A DNA stretch of 50,876 nucleotides from Clostridium sp. (GCF_016650095.1 NZ_JAENWL010000001.1:1-50876); one strand, 5' to 3'; positions 1 through 9,562 are shown, numbered from the stretch's first letter. Notes: a model not told the origin generated them from the letters alone. Numbers and translations are program-made.

Positions 1-141
1 CAATTTAAATTAGTAGAAATTAAAACAAGAAGTAGTAAATATCAAGTAGTTGCTGAAGAATTAATTAGTGGTAAAAGATACAAATTCACAAAAACTAGTG
101 TATTAAATGCATTGAGAGGTGAAAGATAATGATGAAAATAA
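1..141. repeat. Terminal direct repeat (identical to 50736-50876); circular-assembly overlap
   Basis: First 141 nt match the last 141 nt; ORF 50475..50864 and the start of ORF 129 run through it. Confidence 0.95.
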
Positions 142-473
142 ATTATCAAGTAATGACTGAAGACATGAAAAATGAAAATGGTAAATACATTCCTAATTGG
201 AAAGAATTAAAAGCTAAAGTTACTTCAGCTGATGAATTTAATTACATAGTAGAATGTGAACAAAGATTTAAAGATTGGGAAGATGATGAATTCATGAAAG
301 ATTGCATTGGTTTTATATTCAATATGGTTTATATAACTCAACAAAAATGTGGACATTACGAAATGTTTCAAATACCAATGAATGAGAATTTTATCTTAGA
401 AGAAAAATTAGAACAAGCAAAAGAATATGCTTACAAAAGCTTATGCACACATTGTTCATGCAGAACAATATAA
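129..473 (+). CDS. Hypothetical protein (C-terminal CxxC-like cysteines)
   Basis: ORF track; GAGGTG RBS upstream; followed by hairpin terminator. Confidence 0.75.
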   Translation: MMKINYQVMTEDMKNENGKYIPNWKELKAKVTSADEFNYIVECEQRFKDWEDDEFMKDCIGFIFNMVYITQQKCGHYEMFQIPMNENFILEEKLEQAKEYAYKSLCTHCSCRTI

Positions 474-492
474 TTAATAAAATACAATTTAG

Positions 493-536
493 AAAGCTAG
501 AGAACCTAATCTGAGAATTAGGCTTTTCTAGTTTTT
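493..536 (+). terminator. Probable intrinsic terminator
   Basis: aaagctagagaacctaat...attaggcttttctagttttt stem-loop. Confidence 0.6.
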
Positions 537-570
537 AGATGCACTATATAGATAACATAAAATTTAAAAT

Positions 571-600
571 AAAAAGGTCCAGCCTCACCTAGAGCTGGTC
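571..600 (+). repeat. Single CCAGC-N10-GCTGG hairpin unit (locus 1)
   Basis: aaaaaggtccagcctcacctagagctggtc immediately before the RBS of ORF 622. Confidence 0.95.
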
Positions 601-621
601 AAATAAAAAGGAGAAAACAAA

Positions 622-882
622 ATGAAATTTATAAAAATAATTCCAATTATATGTAATTCATTTATTATAATAAAGGAAAGAGGTAAAAGAGATTTAAAAG
701 GTTTTATACAAACAGATTCAAATAAATATATTGTGGTAAATTCATATTTCTCAGATGAAGTGAAAGTTCAAATCACTGATCTCTTAAATCATGACATAAT
801 AAGTGTAAAAGCTAAAGCTTATGACTTGGTTATTGAAATAGCTAAACCTATCGAGTATGAAGAGATTGAATTTGAGGTCTAA
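622..882 (+). CDS. Hypothetical protein
   Basis: ORF with AAGGAG RBS. Confidence 0.7.
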   Translation: MKFIKIIPIICNSFIIIKERGKRDLKGFIQTDSNKYIVVNSYFSDEVKVQITDLLNHDIISVKAKAYDLVIEIAKPIEYEEIEFEV

Positions 883-977
883 TTGAATTTAGATGTAATA
901 TCATACAGCCAATCATACAAACGATCACTAGGGGATACAGAGAACATAAGAAATGCATATTTAACGTAATAGAATAG

Positions 978-1058
978 GATAATCTAAACCAATATATAAT
1001 ATAGCATAAAGTGACGTACCTGAAGTCTTGGTTATATTGTGTATTGGTTTAGATTATC
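978..1058 (+). repeat. Long inverted repeat, 28-bp arms, 25-nt loop
   Basis: 978-1005 pairs with 1031-1058; three non-Watson-Crick positions are all G-U/G-T. Confidence 0.9.
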
Positions 1059-1063
1059 GTATC

Positions 1064-1198
1064 AAAAAGGTCCAGCCTCACTTGGAGCTGGTCAACCAAA
1101 AAGGTCCAGCCTCACTTGGAGCTGGTCAACCAAAAAGGTCCAGCCTCACTTGGAGCTGGTCAACCAAAAAGGTCCAGCCTCACTTGGAGCTGGTCAAC
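1064..1198 (+). repeat. Tandem array, 4 x 34 bp hairpin unit (locus 2)
   Basis: aaaaaggtccagcctcacttggagctggtcaacc starting at 1064, 1098, 1132, 1166. Confidence 0.97.
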
Positions 1199-1302
1199 AG
1201 CTAAACAAAAATAAAACTAAAATAAAAACTTAAAATAAAAACTTAAAACCTTAAAAAACCAATAGTTTATAGTGTAAAAGAAATTAAGGAGGTAGGTATA
1301 AT

Positions 1303-1701
1303 ATGATAAGAACTAATAAAGTAAAAGCAAAACAAAAAACTAAATCTGATCCTAATAAATATAAGACAGAAAGACTATTAAGTCTATTAGAAGAGTATAC
1401 AGAATCAAATGATATACCTATCCTAAAAGAGTTCTGTTATATCAACAGATTGAGCTACCAGTACCTAGTCAATCTTAGGAATAAGCAGGCAGATGCTGGA
1501 GACAATAGGCTGAGTTTATCTATAAGTCAATTAATGATGAAAAAAGAATCTCAGATAGAGAGAAAAGGTTATAGGAATGAAATAAATACTTCTATGGCAG
1601 TGTTCAGTTTAAAACAATTAGGATGGAAAGATAAGCAAGAACTAGAGTTAGGAATAAACAAAATAAACAACCTAAAAATAACTTTAGTTAAAGCAGAGTA
1701 A
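1303..1701 (+). CDS. terS: Terminase small subunit
   Basis: Directly upstream of terL; C-terminal AVFSLKQLGWKDKQE motif typical of small terminases. Confidence 0.75.
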   Translation: MIRTNKVKAKQKTKSDPNKYKTERLLSLLEEYTESNDIPILKEFCYINRLSYQYLVNLRNKQADAGDNRLSLSISQLMMKKESQIERKGYRNEINTSMAVFSLKQLGWKDKQELELGINKINNLKITLVKAE

Positions 1702-1707
1702 CATATT

Positions 1708-3075
1708 ATGGTAAATGAACAAACAGAAGTTACTACAGAGGTAAAGTTAAAAGTAAATAATCACTTTATGGAATTTGTTAATGACTGGGATTATAGAACC
1801 TATCTATTAATAGGAGCTTATGGTAGCTCAAAGAGTTATGAAGCTGCTACAAAGATAATATTAAAGCTATTAAATGAAAAAAGGAAATGTCTAGTAGTTA
1901 GAAATACATATGAACAGATCAAAGAGAGTTGTTATGACCTAATGTATGAGATTATGGATGGTATAGGAATAATAACAGAAGACAGAACAGCTGGAAATGA
2001 TACAAGATATGTAATAGCTTATAAATCACCATTAGAGTTTAGGTTTCCTAATGGAAGCAGAATCATATTTAAAGGTATGGATAGACCAAGTAAAGTAAAA
2101 TCAATAAATGGTGTTACATTAGTTTGGATAGAAGAAGCTGCTGAAGTTAGTTATCCAGCATTTAAAGAGTTAAATCTTAGATTAAGAAACCCTAACTTAG
2201 CAATATATTACATCTTGACAAGTAATCCTATTGAAAGAAGCAATTGGGTATTTACCTATTATTTCGAAAGAATAGAAATTACATCTAGTGGTAAAGAGAA
2301 AAGAGTAGAGATAATTAATGAAGAAGATTTCTATAATAATAGAGTAATAAAGAACAAGAAGAATAATACTTATTATCATCATTCAATACCTGAAGATAAT
2401 GCATTTATAACAAACGAGTATATACAAGAATTAGATGATTTAAAGAAATACGATCCAGATTTATGGAGAGTTGCTAGATTAGGTAGATTTGGAGTAAATG
2501 GAACCAAGGTTTTGCCTCAATTGGTTATTGCTAAGAATGCTACAAAGTTTAGAGAAGCTGTTAGTCGCAGTAATATTAAAAGAAATGGTATGGACTTTGG
2601 TTTTGAAACATCATTTAATGCTATTATAAGATGTGCAGTTGACCTTGACAAGAGTTATCTATTTATATATGATGAGTACTACAGAAATAAGATGACAGAT
2701 AAAGAGACTGCAGAGAAACTTCCTGATTGGAACACAGATGTTAGGAATATGTTAGTCAAATGTGATTCAGCAGAACCTAAGACAATAAAGTTTTATAGAG
2801 ATGAAGGTTTCATGTTCAAAGCTACAAAGAAAGTATCAAGAATACAGCAGATCAAAAAGATAAAACGATTTAAGCGAATCATAGTTAGTCCTAAATGTAA
2901 AAATGTTATTAGAGAGTTAAAAGATTTAGTATATAAAGAAGACTCTAATGGCAATAAGATATATGATGAATTCAATATTGACCCTCATACATTCTCAGCT
3001 ATATGGTATGCTTTAGATGATATCTCAGTAGCTAATGTTAAAGAACGTAAGAGTAATAGTATTAAAGGAGGATAA
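1708..3075 (+). CDS. terL: Terminase large subunit (PBSX-like)
   Basis: Walker A GAYGSSKS, Walker B VWIEEA, TSNP motif, nuclease GMDFGF and CDSAEPKTI. Confidence 0.93.
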   Translation: MVNEQTEVTTEVKLKVNNHFMEFVNDWDYRTYLLIGAYGSSKSYEAATKIILKLLNEKRKCLVVRNTYEQIKESCYDLMYEIMDGIGIITEDRTAGNDTRYVIAYKSPLEFRFPNGSRIIFKGMDRPSKVKSINGVTLVWIEEAAEVSYPAFKELNLRLRNPNLAIYYILTSNPIERSNWVFTYYFERIEITSSGKEKRVEIINEEDFYNNRVIKNKKNNTYYHHSIPEDNAFITNEYIQELDDLKKYDPDLWRVARLGRFGVNGTKVLPQLVIAKNATKFREAVSRSNIKRNGMDFGFETSFNAIIRCAVDLDKSYLFIYDEYYRNKMTDKETAEKLPDWNTDVRNMLVKCDSAEPKTIKFYRDEGFMFKATKKVSRIQQIKKIKRFKRIIVSPKCKNVIRELKDLVYKEDSNGNKIYDEFNIDPHTFSAIWYALDDISVANVKERKSNSIKGG

Positions 3076-3078
3076 GAT

Positions 3079-3330
3079 ATGGCAACAACAATTCAAAAGT
3101 TTAAATTCATAAGCTTAGAGTTCCCACAGTGGTTTAAAGAGCTATTACTACAAAAAAGGATAGAGATAACTGTAATAAAGTATGGAACACAGTTAGTCAG
3201 AATAGAAATTGGAAGAAAAGATGAGAAGAAAAAAGTAGTAAACATAAATGACTACATTATCTTAGCTGATGATAACATTATAGTGGTAAAAGATAGCAAG
3301 ATAGAAGAATTCTTAGGAGGAAATAGTTAA
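3079..3330 (+). CDS. Hypothetical protein
   Basis: ORF with GGAGG RBS between terL and portal. Confidence 0.7.
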   Translation: MATTIQKFKFISLEFPQWFKELLLQKRIEITVIKYGTQLVRIEIGRKDEKKKVVNINDYIILADDNIIVVKDSKIEEFLGGNS

Positions 3331-4818
3331 ATGGTAGCTTTAGAAGATACAAACTTAATAGTTTATTCAGCATATGCAAACCTTCCTTATAGTGTGATAA
3401 GTGAAGACCTAGAGAATGCATTAAAAACAGATTTCATGAATGAGTTAGACAAGATACAAGAAAGATATATAATATATCATCAAGGAATGAAATTTACAGC
3501 TGAAGGTGCTAACACAGATTATGTGCCCGCTGAACTAAGATATAAGAAAGCTAAAAAATTAATTAATAAGGAAGCTAGATTCATGTTCTCAGTAACACCT
3601 GATATATTGATAAATAATAATGTTACAGATAAGACAAGTAAAAGCTCAGACTATCAAGAGTTCATTAATGAAGTGTTAGATGCAAACAGCTTTAGTAAAA
3701 AGTTATTGCAGTCGACAAGAGATTGTTTGATAGCTGGTAGAGTATTAGCATTAGTTAATTTTGATGAAGATTCAGGAATTGAATTAATGTTTCTAAATGC
3801 TAAAGAGTTCTATTATGAAATGTCAGGTTCAGAAACATTAGAAAGATTAATCGTTTTCTATATAATTACTGATAGTACAAACACAGCAGAAAAAAGAGTA
3901 AAGAAAAAAGTATATACAATGCAAAATGGCTATTGTCATATCAAAGAAATTATATATGATGGAGCTGGTAGAGAAATAGAGATCCTAAATGAAGATTTAA
4001 AAACATTATTAACAGTTATACCTGCTAAAGTTATATTCAATGATGGATTATCTAATGATATTGTAGGTGAATCAGAGATTGATGACTTAAAAGATTATGA
4101 AGCTTATTATAGTAAGTTAGCAAATGCAGATATGGATGCTGAAAGAAAAGGAATGAATGCAATAAGATATACAATTGATGCTTCAACTGGATCGACTCAG
4201 AGTTTGAGTTCTGCTCCTGGTGCTTATTGGGATCTACAGTCAGATGATAATGGTGTCGAACAAAAATCAGCAAGTGTTGGCTTAGTCGAAAGCACAATGG
4301 GATATTCAAGTCCATTAAAAGTTACATTGGATAGAGTTGAAACAGCAATGCACGACCAAGTGTCAGTTCCAAACATCAGTAATGAAAAATTGCAAGGAAT
4401 AATAACATCTGGAAAGACATTAAAAGCTATATATTGGGACTTAGTGGTAAGATGTGATGAGAAAATGCTAACTTGGAAGCCAGCAATCAAATTTTTATCA
4501 AAACTAATTATAGATGGAAGTTTCTTATATCCTAAAACTCAAAAGATGTATATACCTAAACCATTAACTAAAATGGACTATAGAATAGATGTAGTAAACA
4601 ATTATCCATTGTTAGAAGATGAAACTGAAGAAAAAGGAACAGATCTTTCTGAAGTTGCAGCAAATACAATGAGTAAGAAAGCATATATGAAAAAATGGAG
4701 AGGTTTAACTGAAGACGAAGTATCTGAAGAGTTAAAACAAATCTTATTAGAGAAGAATATGTTTGAAGATTCATATTTATCAAGCATGGGTTCACCAGTG
4801 AGTAAGTCTGAAGATTAG
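3331..4818 (+). CDS. Portal protein (SPP1-like)
   Basis: 495 aa after terL; GESEIDDL and SGKTLK motifs; MSKKAYMKKW-like C-terminus. Confidence 0.85.
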   Translation: MVALEDTNLIVYSAYANLPYSVISEDLENALKTDFMNELDKIQERYIIYHQGMKFTAEGANTDYVPAELRYKKAKKLINKEARFMFSVTPDILINNNVTDKTSKSSDYQEFINEVLDANSFSKKLLQSTRDCLIAGRVLALVNFDEDSGIELMFLNAKEFYYEMSGSETLERLIVFYIITDSTNTAEKRVKKKVYTMQNGYCHIKEIIYDGAGREIEILNEDLKTLLTVIPAKVIFNDGLSNDIVGESEIDDLKDYEAYYSKLANADMDAERKGMNAIRYTIDASTGSTQSLSSAPGAYWDLQSDDNGVEQKSASVGLVESTMGYSSPLKVTLDRVETAMHDQVSVPNISNEKLQGIITSGKTLKAIYWDLVVRCDEKMLTWKPAIKFLSKLIIDGSFLYPKTQKMYIPKPLTKMDYRIDVVNNYPLLEDETEEKGTDLSEVAANTMSKKAYMKKWRGLTEDEVSEELKQILLEKNMFEDSYLSSMGSPVSKSED

Positions 4819-4940
4819 ATTAAATATAGTGACTCTCAGGTTCACTCTAAGAAATATATATATAATTGACAATAAAATATATAGGTAAAAGATAAAGAAT
4901 CATTAGAATCACATATCATTAACTTATGAAAGGAGTATAT

Positions 4941-7781
4941 ATGACTGATTTAAAGTTTGCTAAAGCAGAAATGGCTAGAGAAGCTATCACTGCAGTTCAA
5001 CAAAACGAAATAAGAGACTTATATACTGACTTACATAAAACAATGGCTAACAAAATATTTAAAATAGATGAAACAAAAAATATATCTTCACTTATGAAGA
5101 AAACTTATTTAAGAGATTTTGAAGATGTACTTAAATCAGAGATAAAGAAGATGGATATAAAAGTTGAGTCAATTATATCTGGAAGTGTTAAAGAGATGTG
5201 TGATGAAGTCGATTTAGATGCAATGAAGCTATTATCTCCAGCTGGGGTAAAAGCAGCAATGGCAACTGCTACCTCATCGATAAATACAGATGCAATAGAG
5301 ACTATAATGTCAGGTCAATTGTACGGAAAAGATTGGTCATTAACTAAGTCAATATGGACGGGATCTCAAAAGACTCAAAAAGATATTCAATCAGTTGTAG
5401 CTAAAGGAATACTAGAGCAAAAGTCTACACTTGATATAGCTAAAGATTTAGAGAAGTATGTTGACCCATCAGCAGCTAAACCTTGGGATTGGGGTAAAGT
5501 TTACCCAGGCACAAATAAAACAGTTGATTATAATGCTCAAAGATTAGCTAGAACAATGGTTAATCATGCTTATCAGGAATCATTTCAGAGAGCGGCAGAG
5601 AAGAACCCATTTGCTGATGGAATTAGATGGTTAACTACTAACTCTCATGCAGGAGCTTGTGAAATATGTGCTGGAAGAGCTTCGGCTGATCAGTTCCTTC
5701 TAGGAGCTGGAGTATTTCCAGCAAACGAAGTTCCACTTGACCATCCTAATGGCAAATGTACATTCTCAGCTGTAATACATAAGAGTTTAGAGGATGTAGC
5801 AAAAGAAGTTAAACAATGGGGAGAAGATCCATTTGGAATGAACCCACCTTTAGATGATTATGCTGCAAGTTTAGGGTTTGATTTGAGAAAGTTAAAACCT
5901 TTAATGGACAAAGCAGCAAAAGCAGCTGAAGCAGCAGCATCTAAAACTTCTATATGGGATAAAGCAGTAGCTAAATCTTTGGAAAGTGTAGACGATGTAG
6001 ACAATATAGCAAAAGCAGCAACTAAAAAAGTTAAAGTGCCTAAATGGACGAAAGACCAAGAGAAGTTATTTGGTAAAACAGCATTAAAACCTGGTGATAT
6101 AATATCATATGATGATTGGCATGCATTAAGTTCTGTAGATGATAATAGTTTATTCTGCAAAAGATGGGTAGAACATAATAAGTATTTATCCGGTAAAGGT
6201 AAACCTAGATTGGCTATAAGAGATTTTTTTGACGATCATTATGCTAAGATTAAATATACTACAATGGATGCAGATGATGCAGCTAAATTAGGGGCTAAAA
6301 TGGCTTCTGATGCAGCAGATAAAGCGATCATGTCTAAAGCAATTCCTATAGCTGGCTATACAGATGATTATGTGGATGATGCTCTTGCTAAATTAGTAAC
6401 TAGGCCAACTAAAACAGTTAAAATTCCTAAATGGACAGCTGAACAAAAAGAATTGTTTACAGGATCTAGTCTTAAGCCTGGTGATACAGTTACCTATGAT
6501 TTATGGGAAAGATTAAGTACATCAAAAGCTTATAGCAAATTTAATAAAGATTATTTGGATTATGCTAAGAGTAGAATGAGTGCTGGTAAAGATTTTTTAA
6601 GTACAGATGGCTATTTTAAGAAGATGTATGGAAAAATTAAATATGAGTCAGTTGTAGTCGATAAGATTACTGGAAAAGCAGCTGTTGCTTCATTAGATGA
6701 TATTGCAACTGGTGCAGTTAAAACCTACAAACTTAGAACTCCAACTTGGTCAAAAGCTCAAGAGAAAATGTTCACAGGAACTAAGTTCAAACCTGGAGAA
6801 TATGTTACATATGATGAATGGATGGCTGTCGTTTCTAGGGAAGATGACAAACTTGTCCATGCATTATGGGAAACAGCTAATAAGAAACTAATAGCTAAAG
6901 GAAAACCTTCAACAACCTTTGGACAATACTTTGCTAAAAATTATTCTGAGGTTAAGGTTAAAATTACAACTGTTAAAGATTTAAGAGGAGCAATCAGTCA
7001 TGGAATAGATGATATCACTCAAGTTCCTCAGAACTTAGAAGGAATGTTTGGTAAAATTAAGCAAGCTTTAGCAAAAGCTCAAGACGATCTTCTAAAAGGT
7101 GCCGGTGGCCAACGTAGATTAACTGAAAGTTTAGAAAAGACACAAGGATCAGTGCAGAAAGCATTTGATAAAGTTGAAGATTTTTGGAAACATAAAATTG
7201 ATGAATCAGATGTTGGTGTTAGAATAACAAACACTAATTTCAAAAGTGTTCTTAGAGATGGTCGATTTAAAAATCAATATGAATCAGGAAGTTCAAAAGG
7301 AATGTTCGATCCAACTTACAGAAAACAAGCCGAAAATGCAATGTTTAAAACAAGTAGTTTAGACAATAAACAAAGAGCAATCTATGGAACTATCTTCGAT
7401 GATGAAAATGCACTTGATAAAATTGCAACTCAGTATGGAGATATAGTAGTTAAGCTAAAGAAAGAAAATGTAATCAACAGATCAACATTTACTGCAATGG
7501 ACAGCTTAAATGATAATCGACAATCCGCAAGTTTGCTAACTAATCCTAAATTCTCGGGAGATGGCAAGATGAGAGAAGTTTTAACAAACAAAGCTTCACT
7601 TGGAAAAGATGTAAAACTAACAGATATCTATACTTATGGAGGTGAATACCCAGAGGTTCAAATATATAATGGAGTAAGCGTTGGAGACATAAAAGAAGTT
7701 ATATTCTCTAACCCAGATGATATGAGAGGATTAGCTGCCCAATTGGATGATTTAGGAATCGCTTATCGAACTAAGTACTAA
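4941..7781 (+). CDS. MuF/minor head protein with internal repeats and C-terminal DUF3626-like (possible ADP-ribosyltransferase-like) domain
   Basis: AQRLARTMVNHAY, CEIC and LDHPNGKC MuF motifs; 3 internal repeats; DGRFKNQYESGSS/RAIYG/QYGDI/RSTFT/EVQIY; ATG 4941 follows AAGGAG (ORF track starts 4926). Confidence 0.8.
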   Translation: MTDLKFAKAEMAREAITAVQQNEIRDLYTDLHKTMANKIFKIDETKNISSLMKKTYLRDFEDVLKSEIKKMDIKVESIISGSVKEMCDEVDLDAMKLLSPAGVKAAMATATSSINTDAIETIMSGQLYGKDWSLTKSIWTGSQKTQKDIQSVVAKGILEQKSTLDIAKDLEKYVDPSAAKPWDWGKVYPGTNKTVDYNAQRLARTMVNHAYQESFQRAAEKNPFADGIRWLTTNSHAGACEICAGRASADQFLLGAGVFPANEVPLDHPNGKCTFSAVIHKSLEDVAKEVKQWGEDPFGMNPPLDDYAASLGFDLRKLKPLMDKAAKAAEAAASKTSIWDKAVAKSLESVDDVDNIAKAATKKVKVPKWTKDQEKLFGKTALKPGDIISYDDWHALSSVDDNSLFCKRWVEHNKYLSGKGKPRLAIRDFFDDHYAKIKYTTMDADDAAKLGAKMASDAADKAIMSKAIPIAGYTDDYVDDALAKLVTRPTKTVKIPKWTAEQKELFTGSSLKPGDTVTYDLWERLSTSKAYSKFNKDYLDYAKSRMSAGKDFLSTDGYFKKMYGKIKYESVVVDKITGKAAVASLDDIATGAVKTYKLRTPTWSKAQEKMFTGTKFKPGEYVTYDEWMAVVSREDDKLVHALWETANKKLIAKGKPSTTFGQYFAKNYSEVKVKITTVKDLRGAISHGIDDITQVPQNLEGMFGKIKQALAKAQDDLLKGAGGQRRLTESLEKTQGSVQKAFDKVEDFWKHKIDESDVGVRITNTNFKSVLRDGRFKNQYESGSSKGMFDPTYRKQAENAMFKTSSLDNKQRAIYGTIFDDENALDKIATQYGDIVVKLKKENVINRSTFTAMDSLNDNRQSASLLTNPKFSGDGKMREVLTNKASLGKDVKLTDIYTYGGEYPEVQIYNGVSVGDIKEVIFSNPDDMRGLAAQLDDLGIAYRTKY

Positions 7782-7785
7782 ATAA

Positions 7786-7818
7786 ACTGTTTACATTTTT
7801 AATAAAACATGATATAAT
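7786..7818 (+). promoter_or_regulatory. Conserved sigma-A-type promoter (P1)
   Basis: ACTG-TTTACA, 17 nt, TGa-TATAAT. Confidence 0.8.
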
Positions 7819-7834
7819 TAAATTAGAAATAGAG

Positions 7835-8095
7835 GTGAACAACATGAGTGCAAAGTATTTAGATTTAAGTAAGACTACGAGAATCATTGCAAAAGATGAT
7901 AATCTAATTTTAATGACAAACTATCAAAAAGATGATTATGCAAATGACACCGAGGTTGCTATAGCTAACACAAGAAGTAAAGTGATGTTCTATATAGTAA
8001 AGATGGGAGCTGTTCTTAGAAGAGGCCAATGGGTTAACTTGGAAGATACAGATACAGTTACTATTGATGAAGTCAAAGAATATGATAAACGCTAA
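7835..8095 (+). CDS. Hypothetical protein; candidate immunity protein for MuF toxin domain
   Basis: Small ORF immediately after MuF with its own promoter; function inferred from position only. Confidence 0.6.
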   Translation: MNNMSAKYLDLSKTTRIIAKDDNLILMTNYQKDDYANDTEVAIANTRSKVMFYIVKMGAVLRRGQWVNLEDTDTVTIDEVKEYDKR

Positions 8096-8098
8096 TAA

Positions 8099-8146
8099 AA
8101 AGAATTTACAAAAACTGTTTACATTAATTGAAAAGTATGATAATAT
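8099..8146 (+). promoter_or_regulatory. Conserved promoter (P2)
   Basis: aaagaatttaca-aaa-ACTGTTTACA, 17 nt, TGa-TAATAT. Confidence 0.7.
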
Positions 8147-8204
8147 ATAAATGTAATTAAGATATGCTACGGAGAATGATAAGCTAAGAAAGGAGGAAAT
8201 TAAT

Positions 8205-8459
8205 ATGAAAATTGTAGAACATCATATTACTAAATATGGTTTATTTGATAATAAAGGAACTGATGACAAATTTATTGTTGAAGCTTGGACACAATTAAAT
8301 ATTTTTGGGCACGACTATTGCTTTAACAAAAGAAAAGTAGAAATCACAAAAGGTTTATATGAACATGTGGTAAAAGAATTACAAGATGGAAGAGAATACT
8401 TGTCAAAAGAACGTGGCAAAGCTTTTTTCAAAACTCAAAATGTTTATTTAGATTTGTAA
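8205..8459 (+). CDS. Hypothetical protein
   Basis: ORF with AAAGGAGG RBS. Confidence 0.75.
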   Translation: MKIVEHHITKYGLFDNKGTDDKFIVEAWTQLNIFGHDYCFNKRKVEITKGLYEHVVKELQDGREYLSKERGKAFFKTQNVYLDL

Positions 8460-8476
8460 CATTATAAATAAAATTA

Positions 8477-8543
8477 GTCGAAACTCTCATTAATTTGAGA
8501 GTCCTGGGTAGAGTGGTAATCTTCCAGCTGAAAATGACAAACC
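8477..8543 (+). ncRNA. Type II hammerhead ribozyme-like element with variant core
   Basis: GUC-GAAA-stem III (ACUCUCA/UGAGAGU)-C-stem I (CUGGG/UCCAG)-CUGAAAAU-GAC; G8 position is A. Confidence 0.65.
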
Positions 8544-8562
8544 TAGATATAGAGGAAAATTC

Positions 8563-9051
8563 ATGATTAAATTACATGATCCGAAAGTATTGGCACCAAC
8601 AAAATTGAAATATAAAGTAGGTTCAAGAGTTAGGGTAAAATCACTTAACACAATGCCAAAAGAATATTTCGAAAGTGCATTCCTTTATCCCATGTTTAAA
8701 TATGCTGGGACAATTGTAACTATTGCAGAAACAGATGAAAGAATGAAAACGTATCATATTGAAAATGATGAAGCTAAATTTGTTTATGATGACAACATGT
8801 TGGAGGATATTTACTCACATGAAATTATCAAAAATGTAAGAGCCCATCTTGATTTAAAAGAAGGTGAAGACCCATTTAATATTCAGATCAGTGAAATGAC
8901 TAAAAGCGAAGTTCTCGAATGTGTATTATGTTGGGAAGGATTAATCCATTATAGTGATTATGTTATAGATTGGATTAAAGACATTTACGAAGTAGATTTA
9001 AATGAACATGAAAATAAAAATAAAAAGGAAGAGGTAAACTCAAATGAATAA
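8563..9051 (+). CDS. Hypothetical protein (N-terminal SH3-like KYKVGSRVRVK region)
   Basis: ORF track; GAGG RBS. Confidence 0.75.
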   Translation: MIKLHDPKVLAPTKLKYKVGSRVRVKSLNTMPKEYFESAFLYPMFKYAGTIVTIAETDERMKTYHIENDEAKFVYDDNMLEDIYSHEIIKNVRAHLDLKEGEDPFNIQISEMTKSEVLECVLCWEGLIHYSDYVIDWIKDIYEVDLNEHENKNKKEEVNSNE

Positions 9052-9403
9052 GGAAACTGAAGTAGCTCTAAGACTTAAACTAAAATTAAGTGATGATACT
9101 ATTATAGAAAAGGTTAAGAACGTATACGATCTTGGAATGAATGATGATTTTAAGATAGGAATAGTAATTTGTGAATCAGGTTATTGGGTAGAAAATGGAA
9201 AGCAAAAGTATAGTGAGATTGAGAGAACATATACATTCAGTAGCAATAATAAACACTTCATTCATGGAATGGGTGGAAACTCAATATTCAGCCAATGCTT
9301 AGGAGATGAAAATGATCGCCCAAGATTGGATTGGTATGTCTATGGAATGGGTGGCAAAGACTGGGGTATTGTTGAACTATTCAGAATTGTAGAAATTAAA
9401 TAA
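9044..9403 (+). CDS. Hypothetical protein
   Basis: ORF overlapping previous stop; GAGGT RBS. Confidence 0.75.
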   Translation: MNKETEVALRLKLKLSDDTIIEKVKNVYDLGMNDDFKIGIVICESGYWVENGKQKYSEIERTYTFSSNNKHFIHGMGGNSIFSQCLGDENDRPRLDWYVYGMGGKDWGIVELFRIVEIK

Positions 9404-9414
9404 AAATAAGAGCA

Positions 9415-9443
9415 GAAGCTATCCGAAATGGATGGCTTTTCTT
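9415..9443 (+). terminator. Intrinsic terminator
   Basis: gaagctatcc-gaaat-ggatggctttt. Confidence 0.7.
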
Positions 9444-9463
9444 ATCTTCATAAAAAAAAACTA

Positions 9464-9557
9464 AAAGAATTTACATTTACTGTTTACAAACTCTAAAAAT
9501 TGGTGTACAATATAATTAGTTAAAGAACAACATTAACTGAAAATGTCTAGGAGGACA
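9464..9557 (+). promoter_or_regulatory. Conserved promoter (P3) plus hairpin RBS
   Basis: TTTACA 9483, TACAAT 9506; TGTC-TAGGAG-GACA 9544-9557. Confidence 0.8.
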
Positions 9558-9562
9558 ACCAT

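Noticed and set aside
1-141. 141-bp terminal repeat as a biological direct terminal repeat
   Set aside because: It cuts through coding sequence and its length matches a common assembler k-mer overlap; more likely a circularisation artefact
1039-1233. 64-aa ORF
   Set aside because: It is just the translation of the hairpin arm and the 34-bp tandem array, with a GTG start and no RBS
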